A stretch of DNA of 64,000 bases from an uncultured Methanobrevibacter sp. Lineage in GTDB: Archaea > Methanobacteriota > Methanobacteria > Methanobacteriales > Methanobacteriaceae. The stretch is from NCBI GenBank assembly GCA_902777885.1, contig CACYVR010000001.1, positions 71,880-135,879 of the forward strand. The letters are read 5' to 3'. Both the position numbers and the translations under genes were made by a program. Below the pieces are notes generated by a model. It saw only the letters and a program-made list of their open reading frames with translations. It was not told the DNA's origin and searched no databases. Of the stretch, positions 18,992 to 30,722 are shown piece after piece (positions within the stretch are counted from its first letter, which is position 1; every line of letters begins with the position of its first letter).

Positions 18992-21148
18992 TTATATCTT
19001 CTCAAGTGTTCTATTTGCACTGATAGTCATAGTGCCACTTATATCTAGCGGGATAGATATTGTTTTAATAATGTAGTCTCCGCCAATACCAGATATTTTA
19101 TCTACTACACAAATTCTAGTATTTGGTTCAATCCAGTACATAGGCAAACAATTAATTGTAATGCTCTCATTGTAACTTGTATACTCATATAATAAATTTC
19201 GAATAGTATTAAAAGCACTATTCAGTAATCCACCTGCTATTATACCATCAAAAATATCTTGATTAACTTGCACATAGGGATAAGCTTTTTTAATACAATA
19301 TTGTCTTTTTTCCTTTGTTTTATCTTGTCCTTTTGCTATTAAAATATAATCAGGTATTTTTGGTTCAAAAATACAATTAATTTGATCTTCCTTTATAACT
19401 TTTGTTCTTCTTCCTATTGCATCTATACTAATTTTTTGTAAAAAAGCATCTCCATCTATAATATCTAAAAAATAATCTATCCCCGATGGATTACTAATTA
19501 CCTCTTCTCGCCAAGCCCCTAGCCACTGAACTTGACGCTCTTTATCATTACTTTTGTAATAACGTCTTTTTTGTGCAGCTATATTATATAATTTAGGCCA
19601 TTCATCCACAAGTTCTGTGTAATAATACCCAGTTTCTATTCCTAATGCCTCTGCTTGTGCACCCTTTAAATAAAGAATTGTTCTCCAATCATTTGCAACA
19701 ATAGTTTGATCAAAATAGATGAAATCATAATCCGAATCAACATTGCTAATTGCAACATATTGCGATTGTGTATAATCATAATATGCAACTCCAAGTGATC
19801 CATCATAATTACTAAAGTAATACCATTTTTCAGTATCCAAAATTCCTATACTTTTATTAAGTGATCTTAAAGAATATTTTTTATACGTGTCAATAGGAAA
19901 CTTTGCTCGTTGTAAATGATCTTTTTTTAATTGATAAACAACAGCATGCTCAAAAGGAGGTGTAGTTTCTATACTTGGTTTATTATCAATAGCTAAATGA
20001 TATCGAATAGGGAACTGTTTGCCATCATTATTTTTCCTTGCTCCCCAAACAACAAAGTCATTTTTTATCATATTAAATTGAGGAGAATTACTATATGAAG
20101 TTATAATTTCCCCATCACTAAAACGATAAGCTGTTTTTCCTTTTGTTCTGTCCAGTAGATAAGGTTCAATTGAATTATTTAATTCTTCAAAAATTGCTGT
20201 TGTATAACTTGTATTTAAGTAATTCTTAATTTCTTGAAAAATAAAATTACCATCTATATCATAAAAATATTCAAAATTTCCTAATTGATTTTTTATTGTA
20301 TCTAATACAGAAGTAACTGTTGTTCCAGCATCGACATTTAACTCTTGCGGGTATACAAAGTCAACTAATGTATATCCTATGTCTTCCCCTAAACTAAACT
20401 CAGTATATGTATCACTATCCCTTAAAAGTAATAAATCATCTTTATCTAATGTATATTTTACACTTTTTAACGATTTATTAGGAGAAAAAAATTCCAATAG
20501 AAAGATTGAATTGGCACCAATCCACTCTGTTGCTTGTTTTACTGATGTATCTAATCCATTGATAAAAATTTTTCCATCTTGTTCTCCACCAAAATGGTGA
20601 ACAAGTTCCCTTATAATTTGCGCAATAGTTGGCTTTTCCGTAACAAAATTTCCCTGCATATCAACAGTAGTTACTTCATCAAAATTAACTGCGGCAGGGA
20701 TCACTCCTCCGCACTCTCCATTTAATAAACTCATTTTATCTTTTAATTGAAGAGAAACTGAAACTCCATTTGAGTCATGAGAAATTGAAGGATTAATAAT
20801 AATATAAGTTCCTAGAGGAAACCATAAAATAGGATACTCTGTATAAGAATCTGTCGTATTAACTATTCCAATTTCTACTTTTACCTTTTTATTAATAGAT
20901 AAAATATTACTAATATTAGTAACGTTTCCTTCCTCATCTTTAGCTAAAAAAGTAATGTTACAAGTTCTTCTGACATTAGAAGAACCATCCAAATTAATTG
21001 ACCCAGAACTTATTTGACCTTGAATTTCTTTTACTTTTTTTTCTTGAAAATCTAAAACGATAATTTTTGTATACTGTTCTTTTATCCTTATCTTATTAAT
21101 AGTCTTTAAGAAAGGAATGTCTAATAAATAAGGATATTTTTGTTTCAT
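18992..21148 (-). CDS. Tail hub / baseplate protein (DUF5048-like)
   Basis: SGSINLDGSSNVRRTC, LKDKMSLLNG and EYFYDIDGNFIFQ are typical of hub proteins; tail context. Confidence 0.65.
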   Translation of the reverse strand: MKQKYPYLLDIPFLKTINKIRIKEQYTKIIVLDFQEKKVKEIQGQISSGSINLDGSSNVRRTCNITFLAKDEEGNVTNISNILSINKKVKVEIGIVNTTDSYTEYPILWFPLGTYIIINPSISHDSNGVSVSLQLKDKMSLLNGECGGVIPAAVNFDEVTTVDMQGNFVTEKPTIAQIIRELVHHFGGEQDGKIFINGLDTSVKQATEWIGANSIFLLEFFSPNKSLKSVKYTLDKDDLLLLRDSDTYTEFSLGEDIGYTLVDFVYPQELNVDAGTTVTSVLDTIKNQLGNFEYFYDIDGNFIFQEIKNYLNTSYTTAIFEELNNSIEPYLLDRTKGKTAYRFSDGEIITSYSNSPQFNMIKNDFVVWGARKNNDGKQFPIRYHLAIDNKPSIETTPPFEHAVVYQLKKDHLQRAKFPIDTYKKYSLRSLNKSIGILDTEKWYYFSNYDGSLGVAYYDYTQSQYVAISNVDSDYDFIYFDQTIVANDWRTILYLKGAQAEALGIETGYYYTELVDEWPKLYNIAAQKRRYYKSNDKERQVQWLGAWREEVISNPSGIDYFLDIIDGDAFLQKISIDAIGRRTKVIKEDQINCIFEPKIPDYILIAKGQDKTKEKRQYCIKKAYPYVQVNQDIFDGIIAGGLLNSAFNTIRNLLYEYTSYNESITINCLPMYWIEPNTRICVVDKISGIGGDYIIKTISIPLDISGTMTISANRTLEKI

Positions 21149-24100
21149 TTAATATCTCTCCTCTTGTACTAAAACTATATAATTAATAAGGATATCATCT
21201 AATGCAGCATCTTTATCAAAAATAACTTCCCCTCTCTCCTGGATACTCTCTTGATGACTATTCAGTAGATATAATTCTTCAATACAAGTGTTCTCATTGT
21301 ATAAAGTTAAAATACCAGTGTTGTTCATTATATAATAATTATGCGTTTTATCTTCTACGTTCTCATTATTATCGTTGTCTGCCGTATCTATAATTTTAAA
21401 TTCAGTATAAGGTTCTGCCTCTATTGAAAGATATGGTACACATTTCGCTTCGATTGATATTTCTCCCTTTTCATGAAAAATGTTTGAATTATTCTGAGAA
21501 GTGTATTTATTTTTAATCTTTTGAATGATATTTTGTTGTTCTTTATTTAAATTAGAAGAATATTTTTCTTCTGCAGTTGGTATATACTGACCAACAATAT
21601 AATATTGAATTATAGTTTTACTATATTGAGTTTTATTAGTAAAAGTCTGAACCTTTGCTATCCAATCAATAGAAACATCTAATGGAATACCTTTAGTCTT
21701 ATAAAGGTGCGCATTATAAATATAAGTATCTTCATCATTTAATTCATAATATCCTAAAGGAGATACTATTATATTTGTATTATTTATATTAATTGGATAT
21801 CCTCGTATTGCAGTTTGGTCTGCCTCTTCTACTTGAATTTCCTCATCTGGATTTATTATTGCTACATCTTTAATTAAAACTTGGTTGCGCATATAACAAT
21901 AAATTGCCAATGGAGCAAGAACATTAAAGAAAAAAAATAAAAAATCTTGACCAACTACAGATAATGTTGTGGCAAACGATGGCTCAATATTGATACGAGA
22001 GAACCCTGCATTTGAGGGATCTGTTGAATCAACACCACCTATTGTTTTATATTCTTTACCAGTTTTATCAAAACATTGCAAACCTCGCGCAAGTGCAAGA
22101 GCATATGCTGATTCTGTAAAAGAGCTTGTTGTGGATGAATAATATCCTGCTTCTTCATACCTAATTAAAACGTCTTCACTTTCAAAAAAGAACCCACTAT
22201 TGGATAAGTCATTAAAAAGTTTACTATGCTCTTTTAGAAATTGTTGACTATTCGTTTCTGTTGAGGCCACTATTGCAGCCATTAAAAACCATATGTAATG
22301 AGCATCCGCTACAAAATTATCACAGTTCGCAAAACCCTCTAAAATCGTATATAATTCTTTTTGTGGGAAAAGTGTCTTTGAGTTAGGGGTTTGTCGTAAA
22401 AATAAACAATAGTCTTTTTCTCCAAATAAATATCTATCGTCTCCTCTTTCCCCATAATTCCACTGATTTGTTCCAAGATTCCAATAAGAAAAAATATTAT
22501 TATTTATATCTGTTCTTTTTTTCAATAGAAATTCACCTAATTTAACATACAAATATAGTATTTGGTCAATCTCATTTGAAGTTAACCCCACGTCAGAGGC
22601 AGAACAAGGTCGATTAATAATATCTTCTTCTGTATATATTTTATCAGATCTGAATAATTCCCAAATTGAATCATAATAATCTAATACTTGTGCACGAAGA
22701 ACAAAATTTGGATCATTAATAATATCCGTATCGGTATCAATATCAAACTCGATCTGCTCAAAGTTATATTGACTTGTATTACATAGCTCAGGAGGGCTTT
22801 TTTCTAAATCATACTCAAATTTGATCCAATGCAATGATTCAATAGTATATGATCTTAATTGATCATGAGCATTTAAATTTTGTTGAATTTTTTCAAAAAT
22901 GTCTATAGTACTTCTTTGTCCATCTTCATCGTCTTCATTCGCACTTTCATCATCCAAAATAATTTGTCCAACAACATAATGAGGACTATCAAATAATTCT
23001 TCTCCAATAGCTCCTTTATCGTGAATTCTATAGGCTACTAAAGTTGTTAAATCATTTTCATCTATTTCATACGCAGTCGTAGAAAAGCTATAAACATGTC
23101 TATTTAAAAGATTATCTGGATTAAAGCTAATGTCCATTAGTTTTACTAAAATATTTCCTTCAGTGGGAGACTTAAAAAGAAAAGGTTTGTTCTCATATAA
23201 ATCTTTTATTACTATATCTCTATATCCCTTTTCCAATAAGCTATCTGTCCATTTATTTATATTTCGTAAAGAACTTTGCTCATTTCTTTCTCGAATATAG
23301 TCATTATACTCACTAGTTCTGTCCTTTAAAACAAATTTTTCTATTTTTTCTTTATACGTATCAATTACATTATTTTGATATCCTTCAATTATATTTAAAA
23401 TATTCTCCGCGCTCTCTTCTTCTGGGTTATCTTGCTCCCAAAAATGAGTAATTAATCCAGAAAGAGAGAATTGCCTATAATAAGTATTCGCATTTCTTCT
23501 AATAAAAGGATACTTTCCACCTATTGTATCAGTTTTTGATTCTATTACATTATATTTAAAATTATCAACTTGTAAATTAGTTTTTATATTATACTGCAAG
23601 TTATCATTTACAACTAAAAAAGTATCTTCAAACACACATAGCTTTTTTTCCTCTTTATCAAAAGCTTGTGCCATTCTATATCCGTCTGCTGAAATTGGTA
23701 CTACTCCATAGAGATAGAATTTTCCACATTCAACAGTTCTATCCTTAATAATTTTAAAATACTCTTTGTCATCGGATGAAACATTCTTAATTCTTATTTC
23801 TGGGCTTTTTATTTCAAAACAATAAAAATCCTCCCATTTTTTATAATCTGAATCACTATCTGTTCTTCTAATCATAATCCATCCGTCCTGCGCGGCATCC
23901 ACTTCATCATATGATACATCAATAGTAAAAGCTGCCTCTTCTTTATTGTTAACAAAATTCAGTCTAATTTTGTTTGAAGAGATAACCCGCCCATCTTCTC
24001 GCAATTGAATTGTAAAATCGTAATCTTTATAACTTGAATATCCATTATTAGAAGAATATACTATTCTTAACCGATAATCTTCATTATCATTAAGAATTTC

Positions 24101-24766
24101 TTTCACAATATAATCAATAGTATTTGTAGAACTAGGAATTATTTCTCCTGAATCAACAATAGGAACACTTAAATTGTCCTTACTATATATATACACACGG
24201 AAAAAAGATAAATATTCATCTACATTTTCATTAAAATCACAATAACCATTCACTTGCAAAGACTGAGAAAAGAGTACTGAACTAATATTTTTTCCATCAC
24301 TAAATTGTCTAATTGTTAATGTAGGTTTTACAATAGTTTTTATAACTCCAATTTGTGACCATTCAGAAACTTCATCTAAATGAAGATAATTATAAAAATT
24401 TGTTCTTAATTCATTTTTTGTCACAGGGAAATTTTTACCACAAAAGCATAACTGTATTTTGTAGCGCCTACCTATAGATGTTTTAATTGCTGACTTTCCA
24501 ACGGTAATATAATATCTTCCATCCCCATCATCCTGCTGTAAATTGCAGATTAAAACTTGATCAGAATTAAAATTATTTGCTGGATTAATTACACTATTAT
24601 TCGTTTCACTATCCACAATAGAAACGATTACCATATCTGTTCTAATTGAAGATATCCCCATATAATCAGATATTTTAAAATAAAATCTTAAATCCTCATC
24701 TACACACCACACCGTGATATCACTATCAACTATTGGTGGATAAAGACCATATGATTTAATTGACAT
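21149..24766 (-). CDS. Large tail/baseplate structural protein (Ig/Fn3-like N-terminus, Dit-like central region)
   Basis: 1205 aa; KTDTIGGKYPFIRRN and FKSPTEGNILVKL segments; tail context. Confidence 0.6.
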   Translation of the reverse strand: MSIKSYGLYPPIVDSDITVWCVDEDLRFYFKISDYMGISSIRTDMVIVSIVDSETNNSVINPANNFNSDQVLICNLQQDDGDGRYYITVGKSAIKTSIGRRYKIQLCFCGKNFPVTKNELRTNFYNYLHLDEVSEWSQIGVIKTIVKPTLTIRQFSDGKNISSVLFSQSLQVNGYCDFNENVDEYLSFFRVYIYSKDNLSVPIVDSGEIIPSSTNTIDYIVKEILNDNEDYRLRIVYSSNNGYSSYKDYDFTIQLREDGRVISSNKIRLNFVNNKEEAAFTIDVSYDEVDAAQDGWIMIRRTDSDSDYKKWEDFYCFEIKSPEIRIKNVSSDDKEYFKIIKDRTVECGKFYLYGVVPISADGYRMAQAFDKEEKKLCVFEDTFLVVNDNLQYNIKTNLQVDNFKYNVIESKTDTIGGKYPFIRRNANTYYRQFSLSGLITHFWEQDNPEEESAENILNIIEGYQNNVIDTYKEKIEKFVLKDRTSEYNDYIRERNEQSSLRNINKWTDSLLEKGYRDIVIKDLYENKPFLFKSPTEGNILVKLMDISFNPDNLLNRHVYSFSTTAYEIDENDLTTLVAYRIHDKGAIGEELFDSPHYVVGQIILDDESANEDDEDGQRSTIDIFEKIQQNLNAHDQLRSYTIESLHWIKFEYDLEKSPPELCNTSQYNFEQIEFDIDTDTDIINDPNFVLRAQVLDYYDSIWELFRSDKIYTEEDIINRPCSASDVGLTSNEIDQILYLYVKLGEFLLKKRTDINNNIFSYWNLGTNQWNYGERGDDRYLFGEKDYCLFLRQTPNSKTLFPQKELYTILEGFANCDNFVADAHYIWFLMAAIVASTETNSQQFLKEHSKLFNDLSNSGFFFESEDVLIRYEEAGYYSSTTSSFTESAYALALARGLQCFDKTGKEYKTIGGVDSTDPSNAGFSRINIEPSFATTLSVVGQDFLFFFFNVLAPLAIYCYMRNQVLIKDVAIINPDEEIQVEEADQTAIRGYPININNTNIIVSPLGYYELNDEDTYIYNAHLYKTKGIPLDVSIDWIAKVQTFTNKTQYSKTIIQYYIVGQYIPTAEEKYSSNLNKEQQNIIQKIKNKYTSQNNSNIFHEKGEISIEAKCVPYLSIEAEPYTEFKIIDTADNDNNENVEDKTHNYYIMNNTGILTLYNENTCIEELYLLNSHQESIQERGEVIFDKDAALDDILINYIVLVQEERY

Positions 24767-24785
24767 TTATTATCACCTTTTTCTC

Positions 24786-25226
24786 TTAATTGTGCGGAGG
24801 CTGCTTAGGTAACGCTCTAATTTCTGCCATTAATCCATCTATAAAAGAATTTCCGCCTTCATCTTTATAATGTTTATTTTTTCTCTCTAGACAATCTAAA
24901 CTATGATCATCTATCCATTTTTTCTCATAACAGAAGAAATGATGCTTTTCTGTTATATATGCTTTTATATCATCCTTATCAGATTTTATTAATATATCAA
25001 TTTTATTTGCTAAATCCTTAATATCTTTAGTTATTTGCTCTTGTTGTGCTGCTAAGGTGCCTATCTTTTGTCTATCTAAGTCTTGTTGTGTTTCTTTATG
25101 AAAAAATTTTCTAAGCCTTTCGGCGGACCAATCCCAAAAAGTAATACAACCTTTTGTCCCTAAAGCTAAAACAACAATAAAGGTAATTATTTCAGCCACA
25201 GAATATGATTTTAATAATGATATCAT
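24786..25226 (-). CDS. Single-TM membrane protein, holin/lysis-associated
   Basis: N-terminal TM segment, coiled coil and C-terminal YKDEGGNSFI; adjacent to a holin-like gene. Confidence 0.55.
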   Translation of the reverse strand: MISLLKSYSVAEIITFIVVLALGTKGCITFWDWSAERLRKFFHKETQQDLDRQKIGTLAAQQEQITKDIKDLANKIDILIKSDKDDIKAYITEKHHFFCYEKKWIDDHSLDCLERKNKHYKDEGGNSFIDGLMAEIRALPKQPPHN

Positions 25227-25301
25227 TTTTTATTCCCCCTCTTTTTTATTTATAAAAAATAAAAAAGATTGATAAAATAAAATAGACCGAGAAAAAAGAG
25301 T

Positions 25302-25709
25302 TTAAAACTCTTTTTTCTCTTTCTTATTCTTTTTTAATTCAGATAGTTCACTCTCAATGAGCGTCTCTACAAAAACATTTATATTGCCATATCTTTCATC
25401 TATTGCTTTATATATTTCTTCTGGTAATAATTCTAAGGCACGCGCTCTTGCCATATAAAAAGCTTCTCTTCTAGCCTCTTCATTAAAAGAATTGTTTTGT
25501 TTTAATGTATCTACATAAATTTGCTGAACATAATTTACAGAATTTAATATAATATCTGTTCCTTCTGAAATCAACATTCTTATACGTTTATTCTCAATAT
25601 CTTTTATTTTTGTATCGACCCAACGTTTAACAATAATTGTTAAAGTAGAGCTTATTATAGGCACAAAAATACTTATACAAGTTGAAATTAATAATTCATT
25701 TATATTCAC
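25302..25709 (-). CDS. Putative holin (LL-H-like)
   Basis: One N-terminal TM segment, SVNYVQQIYVD motif and a highly charged C-terminus. Confidence 0.6.
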   Translation of the reverse strand: MNINELLISTCISIFVPIISSTLTIIVKRWVDTKIKDIENKRIRMLISEGTDIILNSVNYVQQIYVDTLKQNNSFNEEARREAFYMARARALELLPEEIYKAIDERYGNINVFVETLIESELSELKKNKKEKKEF

Positions 25710-25894
25710 TGCGCCTCGTCTACCCCTTCCTCTATTTTACTTGTACCTTCATTCTGCACTTCTCTTAAATAGATAGACTCAATTTGTAAAAAAATTGCTT
25801 TAATTAAATAATAAACAATGGAAATGGGCAATTGTGAGTCCTCTATCATCTTTATAATATCATTCTCTAATTTTCTAGTTTGTGAATTAATCAT
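25706..25894 (-). CDS. Small hypothetical protein (tail fibre chaperone-like position)
   Basis: AAGGAGAGG RBS; follows the large tail gene. Confidence 0.6.
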   Translation of the reverse strand: MINSQTRKLENDIIKMIEDSQLPISIVYYLIKAIFLQIESIYLREVQNEGTSKIEEGVDEAQ

Positions 25895-25922
25895 ATCTTA
25901 AACCTCTCCTTATTTTTTTCTA

Positions 25923-28900
25923 TTAAGTAATTTCTAGCCCTATAATAATACCATTTGAAATAACCATCTTGAAAGTATCAACATCGGTAATGGTCCCACT
26001 CGCTCCAGCATAAAAACTATTTGAATCAAATCCTTCATTCCCAGTTCCTTTTGTTTCTATAGCGTTAGTGACCACTTTATTAGTGACCACTCTATCTGCA
26101 TAGACATGAGCACTAACCTGTATACTTCCATTAAAAGCCGCAGATCCATTCACTGAAAGAGCTCTTCCGTATATTCCTTGCTTATTAGTAATATGGACGA
26201 CTCCTCTTTTATCTTCATTGTCACTGATCTCGTCTTCTATAATTGAATCTGCTTCCGTATAGTAACCTTCCCCATCAAATTCAAATCTATTATAAAAAGT
26301 GCTAAATAATAAACTTGAAGTCCTAATGCTTATTTGATTTCCTATCTCAAAATTCATATTCCCGTTAGAATTTAAAGTAAAACTATTTGTGTTAAAATTC
26401 ATTGCGTTAGTTTTCAAAAGCAATCCATCTGTTTTTAATTCTGTTGAAACATTTGTAACTTTAAAAGTTGGTTCTCTGCTATAACTTAAATATCCATATA
26501 GTCCATTTTTATTAATATTCCATGTAACAGGAGGATCCTCTTCTTTATTTTGCTTATCTAAAGTTTGGTCTATAATTATTAATTCTTGTGAAAAAATTCC
26601 TCTTCCATTCAATAATGAAATGAAATTCTTTTCACTTCTTCCTGATGCAAGAGTAATACCATTACTTCCTATATAACAACCATTAGGATGAATATTCGCA
26701 AAATTAGGTGAACCATTTTGAACTTTAGATCGATAAATCTTTTCCCAATTTGAATTATCAGTAAAATCTATCACCATATTAATACCATTTTGAATACTAT
26801 TGTTATCTATATACCACCCATTATGGATATTATTTGTCATAGTTCCATCTTCTTGGTTCCATTCCTTCCTGCTATCTATCGGTCTCCCCACACCAACATA
26901 AAGTTTTGGAGTAGTAATAAAATCATCCTTTAAATTAATTTTTGATACCAATCCACTTTCATTGAAAAGAGTTATTTTATTGTTCTCCTCTTTATATATA
27001 ATCCATTGCGTACTAGCATTATTTTTACTAATACTTTGCTCAGAAGTAAATTCTAGTAATCCCTCTTTAGCATGTAATCCTATAGTATAATTATTTTTAA
27101 TTGAGTTATTATTTGAACCAAAAAGCAAATCTCCTTCAATAATAGATGTATTCGCAACACTTTTTTCTAATTGGATTTCTCTTTTAGAATAATCAATATC
27201 TAAACCTTTTTGATTATAAATTTTTGAAACAGATGGATCTATTGTTAATATCTTAGAAGGAATAGAGCCTATTAAAATTTTACCATCTTCATTAACAGAA
27301 AAAACTTTTCTTCCTTCATTATAAACAAAAAGACCGGACTGCTCATTTTGCATTTTTCCTATAATGGCTCCTGTTAATTTGTTTCCTCTTTTTTTCGTTC
27401 CAAAGGTTCCTTTTTCTACATATAACTCAGAATTCTCAGAATCAAAAATACCTTCTGTACCATTCCAATTAGCTAAAACTAAATCGCTACCAAATTCAAC
27501 AGTTGTAATAATTGGAATCTGAAGAAAACTTAAATCTTTATATCGAGTTTTTATTCCCGCAGGAACGTCATCAAATATCTCACTTGACATTAATAAACAT
27601 AGTCTAATTCCATTTTCTTCATAAATACTATCCTGATAAATTTGTGGGGGTGGACAATAATAATTTTGATTTGCTTTTAATTCTCCACCTTCTTTTATAA
27701 GAGAATAATAATCAGCCACTTCTACTAAATCTTCTGTAATTCTATTTTGATTATTAGCTTTATTTATAAGCTGAATTGCATTCGTTTTTAAATCAGTGTA
27801 GCAATATTCTTTATTATCCTCTCCTTCATCAATTAAACTCTCATATCTTGGGTCCCAATAAAATCCCCAATGAATCTGCTTCCATGGATCGTTGTCTTGC
27901 ACCTTTTTCTTTTTTCCATCTTTTTCTATAACTCGATCACCATTACTATCATAATAACAAATTAAAGGAGGTGTAAAGCCAAAATCTTTACTTGCAAAAA
28001 AGAAACCTGTTAATAAATTTTGTCTTTCTTGTTTGTCCTCTAATCTTTTTAAACTCGTAATAACTTCAATAGTAGATGAAGAATGAAAATCAATATTTTT
28101 TGAGGTTTCTCTCAATATCGCGGGAATAGGTAACATTGTCGTATAAGTGATATTTTCATAAGAAAAAGTTACATTTACTTGTTTTGGAGCTAATAGACAT
28201 TTATCATTTTCTTCATCAGATGCAGGGAGCGCCCATCTTTCTTTAAAAGTTTCATCTATATTTAAAGATTTTAAATCGCTAGGTGAGCTATTAATGGTTA
28301 GAAATCCATTTTGATTAATTGTTGCATAATCAGTTCCTTGCCATCCCCATTGGATATTTTTAAGGATATCAATATTTTCATTCATTTCTGATTCCGCAAC
28401 TTTTCGGTTTCCTTGCCACAACTGCACTTTAAAAGGTTTAACATTCTGATATCCATACTGAGAACTATATCCTTTTGGAGTATAATTGAAAAAAGTTTCT
28501 GATATAAAATGTTTGCTGTTTGAAGTAGACTCACTATAAAACATTATCGGAACAGGTGGAGCAATGGCATTCTTATTTATATTTGGAACAATCCTTGTAA
28601 AATATCCCGTATTAGCTGTTCCCAAATGCCCTTCTTTAACAAAACTAAAATGAGTAGAATAAAATTTTTTACTATCTTCGGTTGCTAATTCTAATATAAT
28701 ATTATTATTATAATAAGTGTCTTTAAAGTTTTCACTAATAGAAAAAGGTAAAATATCCAATCTTATACGGTAATAATTCTCTTCATTTAAAAAGTCTGGA
28801 TAAATAAAAGAATTCCTTTCCTGATTACTGGGGTAAATCGAAACCTTTTGAAGTTCAGAGGAAATACTTATCATTGTTTTATTCTTAGGGACCCACCAAT

Positions 28901-30698
28901 AAGGAATCCCTTCTGGATTAATAACAGACAAAGGCCTAGTAGCAATTGTATATTTATCTATCTCCGAAGAATCTTCATCCCCTAAATCACTCCCGCCTAC
29001 TAAATAAACTCTTCCTTTAGAATTATATAAAAAAACTTGTTCAATATTCTCTATAGAGAAACTTTCTAAATTATTAATATATACTTGAAGTTCCGTTAAA
29101 AAAGATGCTCTATTATATACCTCACAAACAATATATCCATTTAATTCTCTTGTGAGTATAGTTGTAAATAAGTTGTTTCTCGATGATCGAGAAGAATCCT
29201 TTACCAATTGAAAATATCTTTGGAATTCTTCTTGAATTTTTATCTCAGATCCATTAAGTGGAACAGAGTTTCCTAAATAATGTCTTAATCCGTCTAAATC
29301 AGTATAATACCATTTTAAATTTAAAAATTCTATATCGTCACCACCAACAAAAGAAAAAGAATGCCACTCTTCTCCATTTATCAGTGTCTCACCCGAAGAA
29401 ACGAGTTTACCTGAAAATTCAACATTTAAATCTACTAATGTAGTAGTATTAACCAACTCAATTCCTTTATAAATGCTAATTAATTTAATTTGTCTTTGTC
29501 TTGCTCCTTTAAGCTCTTTTCTTTCAATATTATAAGTTAAAGAAGGGTTTGCATTTAGAATTCTCCATCCGTCCCCGCCTGTTATGGGAATAGAATAATT
29601 ATGCTTTTTTAAATAAGATATCTCATCTTTTTGCGTCCATGATTCATCTTGAATAAACCAATAACATTGTAGTTGAGAGTTATCTATCTGAACTCTTTCG
29701 TTCTTTATAATTCCAGCTACGGGTAAAAAGTTAGCTATTGAAATCTTTTGTTCAGAAGTGGAGTTCTTTAAAATTTTAGAATAGGTTTGTCCATTAGGAG
29801 TCATTATGTATGTTGCCAAACCATTCACTTCTTCATTTTCTGAATGCAATAAACTATTAATAGCTATATTTTTACAATATATGCTTTCCTCTTGTGTTAT
29901 ATCATTCTCTTTTAAGCCTTCAATAAAAAAAATACACTCCATTTTGAGAATATTCTCAACGTTTCCAAAAAGAGGATTCTTAAAAATTTTTTCTTGTGAT
30001 TGAAAAACTTCTTTTTCATCTTGTATAAAACCTTGGCAATAAGGGGAGCCAGAAAAATCATCTATATCAAATATAAAAGATATATTTCTGACATATCTAT
30101 CATTATCCCTATATTTTAATTTAAATTTTAATCCATAGTTACAAGTATTTAATGTAGACAATAAATAACTGTAAATATCAAAAGTAAAAGAAAACCATTC
30201 AGCACTATTAAAAAGAGCTATAAAATCATCAATATTTGTATCTAATGACGGATAGACCAGTTGATCATCTGAATTAACCGTCGCAGGAGGTGGATATTCA
30301 AAAATAATTCGTTCACGATTGCTTAAAGGTATATTATTAGGAGTGGTTTTAAACCACCAAAGAGAATCAGTTAACGTCATCAACTTTTTAAAACTTTTCT
30401 CATGATTAACGACAGAAATATTGCCAATAGATTCAACCAATCCAATGATGGTCTTTCTCCCACTAATATTGTTATTTGGAATTAGAATATAAACATGGGA
30501 GCCGTTAGGATACCTACTAACAGAATCTTTATCTGTATAAACTTTTAGAATAGAGTCTTGATATTTTACTTTTATTTCTCCATCACTAGAATTATTATTT
30601 TCTACGACAATAGCTTGAATGGTTCTATCATAATTTAAAGTTTGATTTTTAACAAGAATATTTACTGTATCAATCACGCTTTTTGCAATACCCATCAT
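25923..30698 (-). CDS. Large tail tip / central fibre protein
   Basis: 1591 aa immediately after the tape measure; N-terminal OB-like segment, C-terminal beta-helix-like repeats ending ISNGIII. Confidence 0.7.
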   Translation of the reverse strand: MMGIAKSVIDTVNILVKNQTLNYDRTIQAIVVENNNSSDGEIKVKYQDSILKVYTDKDSVSRYPNGSHVYILIPNNNISGRKTIIGLVESIGNISVVNHEKSFKKLMTLTDSLWWFKTTPNNIPLSNRERIIFEYPPPATVNSDDQLVYPSLDTNIDDFIALFNSAEWFSFTFDIYSYLLSTLNTCNYGLKFKLKYRDNDRYVRNISFIFDIDDFSGSPYCQGFIQDEKEVFQSQEKIFKNPLFGNVENILKMECIFFIEGLKENDITQEESIYCKNIAINSLLHSENEEVNGLATYIMTPNGQTYSKILKNSTSEQKISIANFLPVAGIIKNERVQIDNSQLQCYWFIQDESWTQKDEISYLKKHNYSIPITGGDGWRILNANPSLTYNIERKELKGARQRQIKLISIYKGIELVNTTTLVDLNVEFSGKLVSSGETLINGEEWHSFSFVGGDDIEFLNLKWYYTDLDGLRHYLGNSVPLNGSEIKIQEEFQRYFQLVKDSSRSSRNNLFTTILTRELNGYIVCEVYNRASFLTELQVYINNLESFSIENIEQVFLYNSKGRVYLVGGSDLGDEDSSEIDKYTIATRPLSVINPEGIPYWWVPKNKTMISISSELQKVSIYPSNQERNSFIYPDFLNEENYYRIRLDILPFSISENFKDTYYNNNIILELATEDSKKFYSTHFSFVKEGHLGTANTGYFTRIVPNINKNAIAPPVPIMFYSESTSNSKHFISETFFNYTPKGYSSQYGYQNVKPFKVQLWQGNRKVAESEMNENIDILKNIQWGWQGTDYATINQNGFLTINSSPSDLKSLNIDETFKERWALPASDEENDKCLLAPKQVNVTFSYENITYTTMLPIPAILRETSKNIDFHSSSTIEVITSLKRLEDKQERQNLLTGFFFASKDFGFTPPLICYYDSNGDRVIEKDGKKKKVQDNDPWKQIHWGFYWDPRYESLIDEGEDNKEYCYTDLKTNAIQLINKANNQNRITEDLVEVADYYSLIKEGGELKANQNYYCPPPQIYQDSIYEENGIRLCLLMSSEIFDDVPAGIKTRYKDLSFLQIPIITTVEFGSDLVLANWNGTEGIFDSENSELYVEKGTFGTKKRGNKLTGAIIGKMQNEQSGLFVYNEGRKVFSVNEDGKILIGSIPSKILTIDPSVSKIYNQKGLDIDYSKREIQLEKSVANTSIIEGDLLFGSNNNSIKNNYTIGLHAKEGLLEFTSEQSISKNNASTQWIIYKEENNKITLFNESGLVSKINLKDDFITTPKLYVGVGRPIDSRKEWNQEDGTMTNNIHNGWYIDNNSIQNGINMVIDFTDNSNWEKIYRSKVQNGSPNFANIHPNGCYIGSNGITLASGRSEKNFISLLNGRGIFSQELIIIDQTLDKQNKEEDPPVTWNINKNGLYGYLSYSREPTFKVTNVSTELKTDGLLLKTNAMNFNTNSFTLNSNGNMNFEIGNQISIRTSSLLFSTFYNRFEFDGEGYYTEADSIIEDEISDNEDKRGVVHITNKQGIYGRALSVNGSAAFNGSIQVSAHVYADRVVTNKVVTNAIETKGTGNEGFDSNSFYAGASGTITDVDTFKMVISNGIIIGLEIT

Positions 30699-30722
30699 CT
30701 CATCTCCTTTATATCTTATTTA

